DNA of 64,000 bases. It comes from Harriotta raleighana (Eukaryota). The notes beneath the pieces were generated by a model that was not told the DNA's origin, did not search any database, and worked only from the letters and a program-made list of their open reading frames with translations. Numbering within the stretch: position 1 is the stretch's first letter; every line of letters begins with the position of its first letter. The stretch spans positions 3,497,280 to 3,561,279 of the forward strand of contig JBNZDD010013698.1 of assembly GCA_050575255.1 (NCBI GenBank), given 5' to 3'. Below are positions 25,001 to 37,544 of the stretch, in pieces. The position numbers and the translations under genes were made by a program.

Positions 25001-26619
25001 CCAGTGAATCAACTCTTCACCAAGATTTTATATCATACTCCTTAGTATGTCTCCAAGATATAATTAAAGTGGGGTTTGTTGGCAGAAAGTGTGGAAAATA
25101 TTACACGCAAGAGACCTAAAATAACCAATATATGAATACATTTTAAAAACAATTACACATGTATTTAGTTTCAAATTAACTCCTCTTTTAAAAAACATGA
25201 TTTAAAATAAATGTAGGCAGTCAAATTCCTTGTTACATTCTGTGCCTTTAGTTATTCTTGCGCACGGTGAATTATAATAGCTTAACAGAATAACGTTATC
25301 TAACATATAGTACTATGATCTCCAGTGTAATACATAACATTGATGATTCCCTCATTAGCAATGGAGTCATTTAAACAGTCTCTCTGCATCATACCCTGAC
25401 AATTACATGCTTTCTGCAAAATTCCCAAAAAGAAAGTTACTCAAAGGACTAAACTAGGTTGTGATATTTTGATTATTATTAGTAATTGTCTCTAACTATC
25501 TATTGCTCAAAGTTGGCAGATTTGGTCCTAATGATTTCCTGGTCGACTAAAGAGGCACTTACTTCTCTTTATGGGCAAAGTGACAAGTGTTTGAGATGTT
25601 TGCAAAAAAAATGCCTAGGAGAACCTCATTCACCTAATTATGATGCCATCACTGTGCATTCTTTAACTAATCTACACAGAAAGGTAGTTAATGAAAGCTT
25701 AACACCAGCCTGGCATCTCAATATGATGAGGTCCTGTGTCAAATGCAAGGATTATTGTTATAATGAGATGGTTATTCCATTGTAATGCAAAATTGTGGAA
25801 CTTTATCATCTCACAACACAAAGATATAATTGTGTTATTGGGGCTCACAGTCCCTGACTCTCAGTTCTCAACATGCTTTGGAATTCCTCTTGTTTCTTTA
25901 TGAGGTGCTCATCTGGACTTCCATGCAAAGGGCAAGCACATGTGTATCAGGAGAAGTTATTTTCGGACCAATACCCTGGTCAATTGCACTCCTTGCAAGA
26001 TTTATGTTCTCTACACTATTTGTCACTCTTGCACATCGCTAGGGTGTTTAAAATGCTAAATTGGACACACAACATAAACATGGAACAATATACAGTAATA
26101 CTATAAGGCAAGATGGCAGGGTTGTGAACGTCAATTTCTGGAGAGACATCAGGAGCATTTCTTTATACAGAAGGTGAATTACAAGTTACCATGAACTGTG
26201 GTGGAGAATCTAATGGGATTGGTATTCGAGGAGAATGAGATCAAATGGGCTGAGGCACCTTCATCCAAACATCTCTTGTGATTTTCTTCTATCCTATTTA
26301 ACAGCATCAAGAGAATGTTATAGATTGAGATTGATGGGGAAGGAGCACAGAGAACTGTTCCAAGTAACAAAACCAGGAAATGGAGAAAATTAGGACAAAA
26401 CCAGGAAATCAAAAACTGTAAGGCTGGCTTAAATAACAATAATAATAATCTGTGCATTGATATGGAGTTTTATCATGTTGTTGAAACCACTCAAATCACT
26501 TCACAGAATATATTGTAAAGTGTATTGATTGTACTTTGTGGGTGAAATAATGATAATCTTTTGTTAGATTTCTGAATTACAGAACTGCTATCAAAACACA
26601 AATCAGTCAAATTCAATCT

Positions 26620-27510
26620 GCAGCCTGAAGCAACCTTGATAGCTCACCTTTAATTTCTCAAAGATTTTCAAATTCACCTGATTTATCGTCCCTCCAAACC
26701 CTTCCCCACCTTCATCTCTGACGTCTTTGCTCTCCTAGCTTCCCTCTGCCTCTGTTCTGAACGCCTCCTCATCCTTGGTGAAACTTCCATGTGCACTTCA
26801 CTCTCTTTTGCTTTATCTCCACTGACTTCTCTCTCCTTTCCTCTGACAACTTATCCTCCACATCCAACCTGCCACCCACGATCATGGTGATTACCAAGGG
26901 TCTCAGACCTGTCAATCACCGATATAGCCATCTCAGATCACCATTTATTCTCCCTTAACTCCTCAAGATCTCTCCCTATTGTCACCTCCATAGGCTGCAG
27001 ATAATCCAGAACTCTGCGGCCCACGTCTTCTACCGGTCCAAGCATCGTGACCATATCTCCCTCATCACACCTAACTCCATTGGCTCCCCATCACCCAGAG
27101 GATTCAATTCAAAATCCTGGTCCTCACATTCAAAGTTTTCCATGGCCTCGCCCCACTCTATCTCCGCGACCTCCTAACTCCCTACCAACCTACTCGTAAC
27201 TTCCGCTCAGCAGGCTGTGGCCTGCTCCATGTCCCCCAACCCACCCGCCCCACCATTGGCGGGCGAGTCTTCATCCACTCTGCCCCTAACCTGTGGAATT
27301 CCATCCCGGAGTCCTTCCACCTCACCCCCTCCCTAGCCTCCTTCAAGTCCTGCCTCAAGATCCTCCTCATTGATGGTCCCATTGGTCACCCCAAATCCCT
27401 CCCTTTGCTCTCCACCCTCCCTATCTCCGACCCAGCTCGGGTCCAAAATACTGACTGTCTAGTATCTTTGGATATCGTCCCGACCTCTACAAATGCAATT
27501 TTGTTGGTGT
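26620..27510 (+). mobile_element. Internally deleted L2 element (APE endonuclease segment joined to the 3' end)
   Basis: IYRPSKP...RLLILGE and DIAISDH (APE motifs) at 26670-26945, joined at about 26990 to RLQIIQNSAA...LHWLPITQRIQFKIL and the tail. Confidence 0.8.
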
Positions 27511-29639
27511 GGTTTGTGTTTCTCTCATGGCCTATACTAACATTGACTGCAGTGCTGAAGGTGCAGTTCTATCGAGGAGATGCCGAGGTGAGAGTTCTAC
27601 CTATTGAGCTAGGCTGACACCCATTTTTGCGCTAGATTGTATGTGTACTTTTCTGATAATTCAATCAGCGCAGTGGGGTTCAAAGTGTTCTCTGTCACAT
27701 TGGTTTGATCCTCATCCAGTTTATAAATACTGTATGCACCACTGCAGTTTCAGCACACGCTGTTCTGGTGGGTGATCGGCGAGGAGAAGCAGGATGTGGT
27801 CTGCTGCAATGTACCTCTGAAAGGTTGATATTATCCAGGTGGAAATATCCTCCAAATTAAACAGATTGTACTGCTTATAATAACTTGGCAATGAAATTAA
27901 CCCGATATTGCAGAATCCACAAGAATGTTATTTTCAACATCTAGATTTAACAGAAATTACTAGCGAGTATCAGAAAGCTGCAAATCTAAGCTGTAAATAG
28001 AAATATCCAGAGTACTTAACTGATCCTTTAACTCACTCTCTGTTACAATTCTCTTCCACTAAATGTATAATTTATACTAATTAATTCTCATGTCAGCCAG
28101 GAGGATTGTGCTGCATACAAATTCCTGCCAGCTTATTTATTAAACAAATATGACAGGCAGCGATAAGGCAATTCTGTTTGCCATCCCCATTCTGCCTTGT
28201 CTAAATAATGATGTTTTACATTTAGGCAGCAAGGCCACCGACTGATAAACAGGCTCTCCCATTTAAGAAATGCTTAAACATCAATATTTTGCACCAGCAG
28301 TAGAATTTGACAGTGATTTGATGTGCTCACCCGCTTCCACCATCCTCCACCCTTCCCCCCCTCCAACCCTCAGAACTCTCCCTTGAGGCACTTTCTTTCT
28401 AATCTCTGATCTTCCTTGTTTAGCCCCTTAGAGGATTTGTTCAGTTTCTGTGAAGCGACTGCATTTTCCCATCCTTGCCTTCTTGAAATAATATTTGATA
28501 CCGCTGTAAAGCTGAATAGTACAGAACCTGATTCTCTGACTTCATGTATCACTGAATTCCACTTCAACCTGTCTAAGTTTATTAACATTGGAAAAAGAAC
28601 TGACTGAAGAAATGGAAATTAAGGCAACACACCAACACAGCTGTATAAATTCTGCTATAACAGAGTAAAGAAAATAAATAATAACTCACACTTAGTTTGT
28701 GTTTTTCCACATAATTTGTTTCAAATTGCTAGAATGATGTTGTAGCATTCACCAAAGCAATAAACTAAGAGATATTTAGAGATATTGACCAAAGTCACAG
28801 TGAAAAATATGTGCTTTCGGAGGTTTTTGAAGGCAGGGAAAGAGGGGGAATGGTAACAGGCTTTCTGTTTCTGATCTAACTAAAATAGAATTGGAGTTAA
28901 TCTATTCTCTTGTACTGGGACACAATGAGAATCTGAACTGACAATTAGAAGCCAGTTTGCATTTAAGCTGCAAAGGGACATTAATTAATATAGGTCATCG
29001 CTCCTCTTCATTTACTCAAAACAGTGCCAATGTTTTTCTTCCCAACCGGCATAAGATTCATGTGGAGTATAACTACCAGCATGGACTAGATGGGCTGACC
29101 AGTCTATTTCCCTGCTGCACGATGTATGGAAACCTATATGAATGTGACTGTGTTGCTTACAAAAATGATGAACAGATATTTTAGGACTTCTTATTGCCAC
29201 TTATTTTACGTTAGAAAAGTACATGTTTATGACTTGCTTTACTACATCCTGATATATAAACATTGGAAGCAGTCCTAAAAATGACCACAGTCATGCTTTT
29301 CACCTCTGTTCAGATAAGCTCTGAGGCAAGACATCTTCCCAAAGGAAAATGAGGGGAAATCGAAGAGAGGTCTTTGTGTCTTATTTTGTGGCTTTATTTT
29401 AATGATTGTCTAGATAGGGTCTGTTACAAGTTACATTCTTTCTGCTGAGACGCGTGATTCAAACCAATGTGGCAGTGACCAGTGGTTTTCTCCGACACAA
29501 ATTATTATAAGTAGCTGCACATGCCAGGACAACAGCTGATCCCATTTCAAGTTGGACCCAGCCTGATTCAGAGTCTGGAAATTCCCTGTTGTTGTATCAG
29601 TATTTGACTCTGGAGACACGCTTGAAAAAAATAAAACAA

Positions 29640-29745
29640 ATAATAATCCTTGCATTTGATATAGCGTTTTTCACGTCTTCTTGACGTCTCAAAGGGCTTC
29701 ACAGAATACTGTCTACTGTAAAGTGAATTGACTGTATATTTGTGG
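29640..29745 (-). mobile_element. SINE tail
   Basis: taataatccttgcatttgatatagcg...aagtgaattgactgtatatttgtggg. Confidence 0.8.
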
Positions 29746-29769
29746 GAAAAAAAGGTTTAAAAGATAATA

Positions 29770-30438
29770 CAGTAAAACCCTGTTTATCTGGCACCCACGG
29801 GACCTGGCCAGTGGTGGTTAAACCGTTTTTCCAGTTGAACGGATTTTTAAAAAAATGTTTTAAGATAAAAACGAACGAGGTAAGAAAAACCGCGACTTTT
29901 TCTCTCTCTGTCTCTCTCTCTCCCTCACTGTGTGTATGTCTCTCTCTCTCTCTCTCTGTCTAGGTGTGTGTCTCTCTCTGTCTCTCTGTCTGTGTGCATG
30001 CGTCTATCTCTTTCTCTCTCTCTGTCTATGTGTCTGTGTGTGTCTCTCTGTCTCTCTGTGTCTCCCTCCCTCTCGGTATCTGAGTGTGTGTCACTCTCTC
30101 TCTCTCTGTGTCTCTGTGTGTGTGTGTATGTCTCTCTATCTGTGTCTGTCTCTCTATCTGTGTGTGGGTGTCCCTCTATCTGTGTGTCCCTCTCTCTCAC
30201 GTGTAAAAATGGCTGCTGCCCAGGACTCTGAGCATCTTACCAGTTTAGACACACTTAGTGGCCAACAGCAAGTACTGCACTCGTGAGTACTGCACTCGCT
30301 TGCAACAGTCCATTCATTAAGCACATCATCACTATTTGCCGGATAACTTGTGGTTAATCAAATCGGGACTTTTTTTTTGAGGTGGTGGTTGAACAGGTTT
30401 TCCGGTTCATTGAGTCACGGATAAACAAGGTTTTACTG
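29770..30438 (-). mobile_element. Tigger-like MITE, copy 2 (opposite orientation to copy 1)
   Basis: TA|cagtaaaaccctgtttatctgg ... cggataaacaaggttttactg|TA; internal ends match copy 1 in reverse. Confidence 0.9.
29900..30200. repeat. Compound (CT)n/(GT)n microsatellite inside the MITE
   Basis: About 300 bp of interleaved ctctct/gtgtgt. It accounts for the three low-complexity ORFs at 29925-30286. Confidence 0.95.
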
Positions 30439-30663
30439 TATTAAAGTAGCTGATCAAATGTTTCGCCGCAGTCCTCAAACTGAACTCCACCACTACACCA
30501 CAAGCTGTACTTTTAATAATAACAATCCCTATATTTGATATAATTCCTTATCACGTTGTTGAGATGACTTAATAGAATATATTGTCAAATTGAATTGACT
30601 GTATGTTTTGTGGGTGAAATGCAGCAGCCAAACATGTGTCCCTGCAGCAGCCAAACATGTGTC

Positions 30664-31783
30664 ACTGTGAGGAGATGCTGGATTTCCTTGAATCCAAAAT
30701 CAAGGGAATCCGCTCCGCGGTCATGGCGCACACAACTTCCACCCTCCCACCAGCCTTTCCCCCCCACACTCTGACTTCCACTCATCGTCCCCTATGCACC
30801 TTTGAACCCGTTTCCCCTTCCTCTGTCACTAAGCTGGTCCTGACCCTGAAGCCCACCACCTGCTCCCTGGACCCCATCCCCACTCCACTCCTTATCTCTC
30901 AGCTCCATCTCCTTGCCCCACTTCTCACAGATATAATCAACCTGTCCCTCTCTTCTGGTTCAGTACCCATTCCCATCAAGACTGCCACCATCACTCCCAC
31001 CCTCAAGAAACCTTCCCTTGATGCGTCGCAGCTTTCAAGCTACTGGCCCGTCTCCAACCTCCCCTTCCTGTCCAAGGTTCTGGAAAGAGTCGTCGCCTCC
31101 CAGCTGCGCTCTTTCCTCNNNNNNNNNNNNNNNNNNNNNNNNNNNNNNNNNNNNNNNNNNNNNNNNNNNNNNNNNNNNNNNNNNNNNNNNNNNNNNNNNN
31201 NNNNNNNNNNNNNNNNNNNNNNNNNNNNNNNNNNNNNNNNNNNNNNNNNNNNNNNNNNNNNNNNNNNNNNNNNNNNNNACTAGTCCACGCCTTCATCACC
31301 TCAAGGCTGGACTATGGGAACTCTCTCCTTGTAGGCCTTCCCGGCTCCTCCATCCACAAGCTGCAGGTCATCCAGAACTCTGCAGCTCGTGTACTCTCCC
31401 GCACCAGGTTTCGAGACCACATCACTCCCACCCTCGCCCGTCTCCACTGGCTCCCCATCCCCCAGAGGATCGAATTCAAGATCCTCATCCTTACCTACAA
31501 GGCTATTCACGGCCTTGCTCCCTCCTACCTCTCCGACCTACTATCCCCCTATCTACCTACCCGTACTCTCCGTTCCTCTGGCTCTGGTCTGCTCCACATC
31601 CCCTGCCCTAACCATCCTACCATTGGTGGCCGGGCTTTCAGCCGCTCAGCCCCCAGGCTCTGGAACTCCATCCCCCAGTGGCTTTGCCTCGCTTCCTCCC
31701 TTTCCTCTTTCAAGGCCGGTCTCAAGACCTTTCTCTTCAACCGTGCCTTCAGCTCCCCTCTCGACTCTCTAGCCCCTCCTTGC

Positions 31784-31814
<31 letters not shown>

Positions 31815-31927
31815 ACCGCCTTGAACNTTTCCCCCTGCTCGGGTCTTAAACCAACTGTCCAGCGCCTTGGGACGTCCTCCTGACGTGAAACGCACTCTAT
31901 AAATGCAATTTTGTTGTTGTTGTTGTT
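30664..31927 (+). mobile_element. Young 5'-truncated L2 LINE (ORF2 RT-proximal region and C-terminus)
   Basis: LKPTTCSLDPIPT.LL...IINLSLSSGSVP..KTATITPTLKKPSLD....YWPVSNLPFLSKVLERVVASQL; after the gap [17 protein letters not shown]...[15 protein letters not shown]; (ttg)n tail. Confidence 0.95.
31119..31278. other. Assembly gap (160 N)
   Basis: Run of N within the L2. Confidence 0.99.
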
Positions 31928-34879
31928 GTCCCACAAACAGTTATGGAGTGAAAGACCCTTTTTTTTTTTGGAAGGCTCATTATCCCCAAAAAGCAATCCT
32001 CCAACCAGCTAACAACCAGATTCCTCCTTACTGCTGGGTAAAGTTGGCTAAGGTTTCGCCTGGACTGGAATGAAGCCTCTCGCTTGTGAATTGACTGCTC
32101 CAACTAATATGCTACAGGACTGCACGAGTCCTTATTTACTCATTAAGCTAGTCGGAGGTAGAGTCTTGTAACAGAGGCAGCTCATACACTGGTTTGTCAG
32201 ACCCAGAGTACAGACAAAACACAAAGAAAGTAATAAGTCATGTTTTATCACCTGTGCATTTGTTCCCAGTCATAAAGGTTTTTGTAAGTGATTGATTGTG
32301 AAAGACTGTCAGATGTCCTTGAGAGACAATCTAGGGGCAAGTTTGAAATGAGTCAAAAGGGATCCCATTTACACACATTGATCTGAACTGAGTTTATGCT
32401 GGCGATTGATTTCGACTCAGACCAAATTAATCTGAACCAAATCCTTTCTCCCTGCCATTTGGACAGCACCTCATTCCTCATCCAAGACAGGATTCTAATG
32501 GCATTTGATCATACTCTGATGCATGTGCTGCTGATCAAACAGGATAAGAAGCTGAGAAAGATCCGAATGAGGTTACTTTAGACCAATCCGATTCAAATCC
32601 AGCCTCACACCGTCAGTTTACTCCTGTGAACTCCGCAATAGCATATGGTAAATGCTTTCACACAGTGAAACCTGCTCCCAAACTGTCTCTAATCCACAGC
32701 TGTCATTCTCAGCAAATCCAAATTTAGAATCTGCAGTGCAATCAATGTAGATCACTCTCATCTCCTCAAGTATAGGGGATGCTGTCCTGAGTGAGGGGTG
32801 CTATATAAATACAAGTTGTTGTCATAAAAAGTTTGTGTTAATTTCCACATTATCTGTAGGTTTCATCAACCCAAAAAATAGGGAACTATCTATCTTTCCC
32901 TCTCCTCCCAGAAACAGTACTTAGATGTCTTCATCATCCTAGTTACATCTGTTGTTCCAACAGAGTAAGAATAGAGGTCACACCTGATATCAGGACACTA
33001 AGTAACTCTGCCAGAAATAACCTGAGACATTTTGGATTCCAGAAAGGAGAAAGTTGTGTGATTAGAGTTTGTGAGTTATAACAAGCAAAACACAAAATCT
33101 GCTGCTATCATTATCAAGTCTATTTCTGTGGGCAATAAGAAAAGATTTCAGTCATATTCCTCATTCACGAAATATATTAAGCGTGACTACGAGTTGTTAC
33201 GACAGTTTGCAATAATATTGCTTGATGTTACTTTTGTAATCAACTATTTGTCTCGCATAAAAGGTCATTAACTGAGTTTTTCTGAAAGATCAAATACCTC
33301 CATTAGAAACGAATAGGGTCACTGTTGGAATTACACTCAGTGAAGCGTGGACTAATGTGTCATACCAAATTATGCAGGCATCAGTAGCATGCCAGCCTCT
33401 CTGAATATTTAATAGAAATTCTTGAGACAAAGTCCAGACTATTAATGCTGATTATGCATCAGTATTTGATGGTAAAACCGAGATTGCAGTGCCATTACAA
33501 AAAATCATTCAAGCTTGGATACCTGTGGGTAAAAATCCTTCTAATGTTCATAAGCATTTACTGTAAACGATTGTGTTGGGAGAGCTGTATGTGATCAACA
33601 TGTTAACCACTTTAGGATTATTTCTATTCATTCTCTGCTCTTTAAAATGGAATTTGATATGAATTAAGATGATGTCTGGGCTGGCAGACCACTTATTGGA
33701 GCTCTGACCGTCACACATACAGACGTGTTTGAGAAGAAAGGTACATTTGTTCCAATATTGCTTTTAAATGTGATGGTGTAATTGCTGACATGAAGTTCCT
33801 GCTGCATTTCACTCCTGATATGCAGGGAAGGAAATAAGGGAGGAAGATGTTGCGAGCATAAGCTTTGTGACCAGTTAATAACATTTTGAGCAACATCATC
33901 CGTCAACAATAATCTGAAGAACAAAAAGGAAAAGTTTATGACGTTGTTCAAACAAGTGGGTAATTGAATACAGATCTTGACACTACCAAACCTGAAACAA
34001 ATATTAACTTATTTTTCATCATTCTTTCAATGTCCGTTAGGGCTGATTTTTCTTGTAACGTATAGTGCAGCCAATCCCTCCCTCCTCCCAACCCTCCCAT
34101 TTTAATGAGTTGTATACTACTGATTTCGTTATCACCTGGATAGTTGTAAAAATATAATAATCCTTGCATTTGGTATAGCACTTTTTACATCTTCTAGATG
34201 TCTCAAAGCGCTTCACAGGATATTCTGTAAAGTGAATTGACTGTATATTAAGAGTGGGAGTATAGAGTGGGAGTAGAGTGGGTGTAGTTGAACCCAAAAG
34301 CTTCTAATCCTGAGGGGGCCGTGCCTTATTACTTGACTTACTCCAATCACTTCCACTTTATATGCAGACAGACAGCTCGTTTCCAAAACTACTAGCAATA
34401 AAAATGTCTGATGGACGGCTCATTGGGTCACCGTTGGCATCACATCAAGAAACAAAGTCAGCAGATTCTGCTGATCCAGAAGTCAGCATTTTAGCTTCTA
34501 AACACTAGAAATGGGTGATGTGGATCAACCTGATGATTTAGAAGTTGGCCTTTTTTTTAAGCACGGATACTGGCTGGCATGTGGGAATAGGAACACACTA
34601 CATTGGTGTACTAATGGAATTGAAGTACCTAAAAACTGCATAGCTTTCCATTGAGAGGATTGTCTGGCAAGCTTCCCATTGCTTGTCCAGCTAAGACTTT
34701 GGCTTCCAGAGTTAACAGAAGCTGATTGGGAAGAATTCCTGCCCCTCAGTGACAGGTTTGCCTCTCCAAGTTCAGGGATAATGCCAAATACTGCTCATGT
34801 ATGTATTAATGCATGAACAAACAATGCTATGGATGGAGTAGAAATTGACATGACGCTTTGGATAAATTGTCAAATTATT

Positions 34880-35184
34880 GTTCCTGGACACTGGGAGAAA
34901 CTCCCTTCTCTTTATGAATAATGCAGTGGGAGCTTTAAAATACACCTGAATAGGTAGATGGGATCTTGGTCAAGGACCCCATTTGAAGGGCGGCATCTTC
35001 AGCAATGAAACACTTCCTAATGTAATGCAACAACAAAATTACACTTGTATAGCGCCTTTCACGTCGGGAGGACGTCCCAAAGCGCTGAACTGCACTGGAG
35101 TATCAGCATAGAGCGTGACAGCAAAATCTTGATGTAAGGTTTGAATCCACAAGCTTCTAATCCAAAGAAGACAGTGCCTTATTA
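34880..35184 (-). mobile_element. SacSINE1-like DeuSINE carrying an inserted L2-type tail; head interrupted by MITE copy 3
   Basis: ggacactgggagaaactcc...cacctgaataggtagatggg...gaagggcggcatcttc; head ttgaatccacaagcttctaatccaaag abuts the MITE. Confidence 0.7.
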
Positions 35185-35693
35185 CAGTAAAAGCTTGTTT
35201 ATTCATGACTCGATCAACCAGAACTTCCGTATAACCAGCACGTCAAAAAAAAAGTCCCCATCCAATTAACTGGATGTTATCCGGCACAATAGCAGGAGCG
35301 CATTTTATGAATCAATTGTCGCATGAGAGTACTGTACAGGTATTTCGGCTTGCTGCTAGTAGAGCCTAAAAGTCACGCTGTCGTTTCTTTCCCTTGCATG
35401 GCTTCCACCATTACAGAAGTAAAGAATAAATAATAAAGTACCAATACAATATTCTGTTATTACAGTATCTGTTATTACTGTATTTAGTCTATTATTTATA
35501 AGGTACAGTGTACAATATTTACAATAAAGTACCCATACAATATTCTGTTATTATCTGTTATTATTTAGTCTATTATTAATATGGTATGTGTTAAAATAAT
35601 TTTTTTTTTGAGTTGAGTTTTTGGCGTTGGATACAACCGTTTAACTGGCTTTGGCCAGGTCTCGCAGGTGCTGGAATTATCGAGCTTTTACTG
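35185..35693 (+). mobile_element. Tigger-like MITE, copy 3
   Basis: TA|cagtaaaagcttgtttattc ... cgagcttttactg|TA; subterminal sequences shared with copy 1. Confidence 0.85.
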
Positions 35694-35849
35694 TAGTTGA
35701 CATACTTCAGATATCGAAGTTAATAATAATAATAATCCTTACATTTGATATCATGTCGCCAAGACGACTCAAAGTGCTTCACAGGATACACTGTAAAGTA
35801 TAGTGACTGTAAGTTGCCATAACCATATGAAAACACTGGTATGGTAAAA

Positions 35850-36422
35850 CAACATCAACAAAATTACATTTGGATAGCACCTTTCATATCAGGAGGTTGT
35901 CCCAAGGCGCTGGACAGTCAGTGTTTCACTGTTTGTTGGCGTTCCATCGATAGGCTACAGATAATCCAGAAGCCCATGTCATCTACTGCTCCAAGCTTTG
36001 TGACCATATCTCCCCCATCCTCACCAGACTCCATTGGCTCCCCATCACCCAGAGGATTCAATTCAAAATCCTGGTCCTCACATTCAAAGTCTTCCATGGT
36101 CTCGCCCTACCTCTGTAACCTCTTAACCCTCTACCAACCTGCTATGGCCTGCTCCATGTCCCCCGACCCACCCATCCCAGCATTGGCGGGCGAGCCTTCA
36201 GCCACTGTGCCCCTAACCTGTTCCATCCCGCAGTCCCTCCAACTTGTCCCCTCCCTAGCCGCCTTCAAACCACACCTCAAGAAGCTCCTCTTTGATAGTC
36301 CCATTGGTCCCCCCAAATCCCCGCCTTTTCCCTCCACCCTCCCTATCCCTGACCCCAGTTCGGGTCTGACAGCACCTGTCCAGCCTTTCGCCTTTCTGCA
36401 CAAGTGTAATTTTGTTGTTGTT
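35850..36422 (+). mobile_element. L2 3' end preceded by an inverted L2 tail
   Basis: RLQIIQ...LHWLPITQRIQFKILVLTFK; attggcgggcgagccttcagcc; aattttgttgttg tail. Confidence 0.85.
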
Positions 36423-36444
36423 ATTAACAAATTGTAGCCGCTTA

Positions 36445-37419
36445 CAGTATAGCCTCGATAATCTGACTCTCCGAAAGCCGGCAACTCCCTAAAACCAGCA
36501 AGATGTCAACATAAATACAGTATTAGATTTTATTCCAATGTCGGCAAATCTCCCAAAGTGTGTAACAGCAGCTTGCAGTTCCTGATGCGGCCCGGCGCTG
36601 TGGGTGGAGCTCGGCCATGGTTTGGCTTCAGGGCGGTGTTTACAGCACACGTGGTACATGGGGCAGGGCAGCCCCAATCATTTCTAGGTAGGTTTCTAAA
36701 TACCAGCAAACTCCGAAATCCAGGAGGTGCGTGAACTAAACCATGTTGGATTATCGAGGAACAAAACACAAAATACTGCACATGCTGGGAATCTGAAAAA
36801 AACAGAAGTTGCTGGGGAAACTCAGCAAGTCAGGCAGCATCCATGGAGAAAGGAAAGTGAGTCGACGTTTCGGGTCCACGACCCTTCGTCAGAACTGGGG
36901 AGTGTTTTAGAGGAAGAGGTTTTTAAGGACATTAGAGGGAGGGGGATGGGAAGGCAGGACATGGAAGACACAGGAGACAAAGAAGACAAAGGAAAAGGAG
37001 TGTGAAAACTGACAGGTTGAAAATGTGAAATCGATGTACAGAAACAAAAAGGGGGGTAGGTTTCAACGAAACTGGGGAGAAGAGGTGTTTAGTGGTGACA
37101 GAATAGACAAAAGGCAGGGGGTGTCTGGAGTTATGATTGTGACGGGGGAGGGGGTGCTCTTTTGGTCTGAACTGAAATCGATGTTGAGGACAGAGGGCTG
37201 CAGGGTTCCCAGCAGATAGATGAGGTGCTGTTCCTCAAGCTTTCACTGTGGGTCACTGGAACAGCGCAGGAGACCATGGATGGAAAGGTCAGCCTCTGAA
37301 TGTGAGCGCAAGTTGAAATGGAGGGACGTTGACTCACTTTCCTTTCTCCATGGATGCTGCCTGACTTGCTGAGTTTCCCCAGCAACTTCTGTGTTTTTTT
37401 GATTATCGAGGTTTTACAG
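36445..37419. mobile_element. Second Tc1/mariner-type MITE family, right TIR split by a Penelope-like insertion
   Basis: TA|cagtatagcctcgataatc ... gattatcgagg [insert] gattatcgaggttttacag|TA. Confidence 0.8.
36760..37400 (-). mobile_element. Penelope-like element with inverted terminal duplication and 11-bp TSD
   Basis: GIY-YIG C-terminal remnant (KLEEQHLIYLLGTLQPSVLNIDF) at about 37165-37260. 36796-36868 is repeated inverted at 37326-37400. TSD gattatcgagg at 36749-36759 and 37401-37411. Confidence 0.9.
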
Positions 37420-37544
37420 TATCATGATTATTCATTTCATATGTATTTATATGTAAATGATTAAGCATGGTTGAAACTCTAAAGATGAGTTATTAAATTT
37501 CTAATTTTAAAAACCCTAAAAGCTTTTGACTTTACCTTAATCTT

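Larger units (their letters stand above)
30515..32120 (-). mobile_element. tRNA SINE split by a young L2 insertion
   Basis: SINE tail 30515-30640 ends at ...gtgtc and resumes as gtcccacaaacag at about 31928, through to head gctacaggac at 32111-32120. Confidence 0.75.

Noticed and set aside
28370-28588. Minus ORF with RRQG after an acceptor-like site, considered as the MSRA penultimate exon
   Set aside because: It lacks GND.GTQYRS and a good donor site.
29925-30286. Low-complexity ORFs here and at 52273-52731 and 23392-23712
   Set aside because: They are translations of microsatellite or polypyrimidine tracts.
31785-31814. 30-nt poly-C run (potential G-quadruplex on the minus strand)
   Set aside because: It lies in the C-rich L2 3' UTR next to an N, so its length is unreliable.
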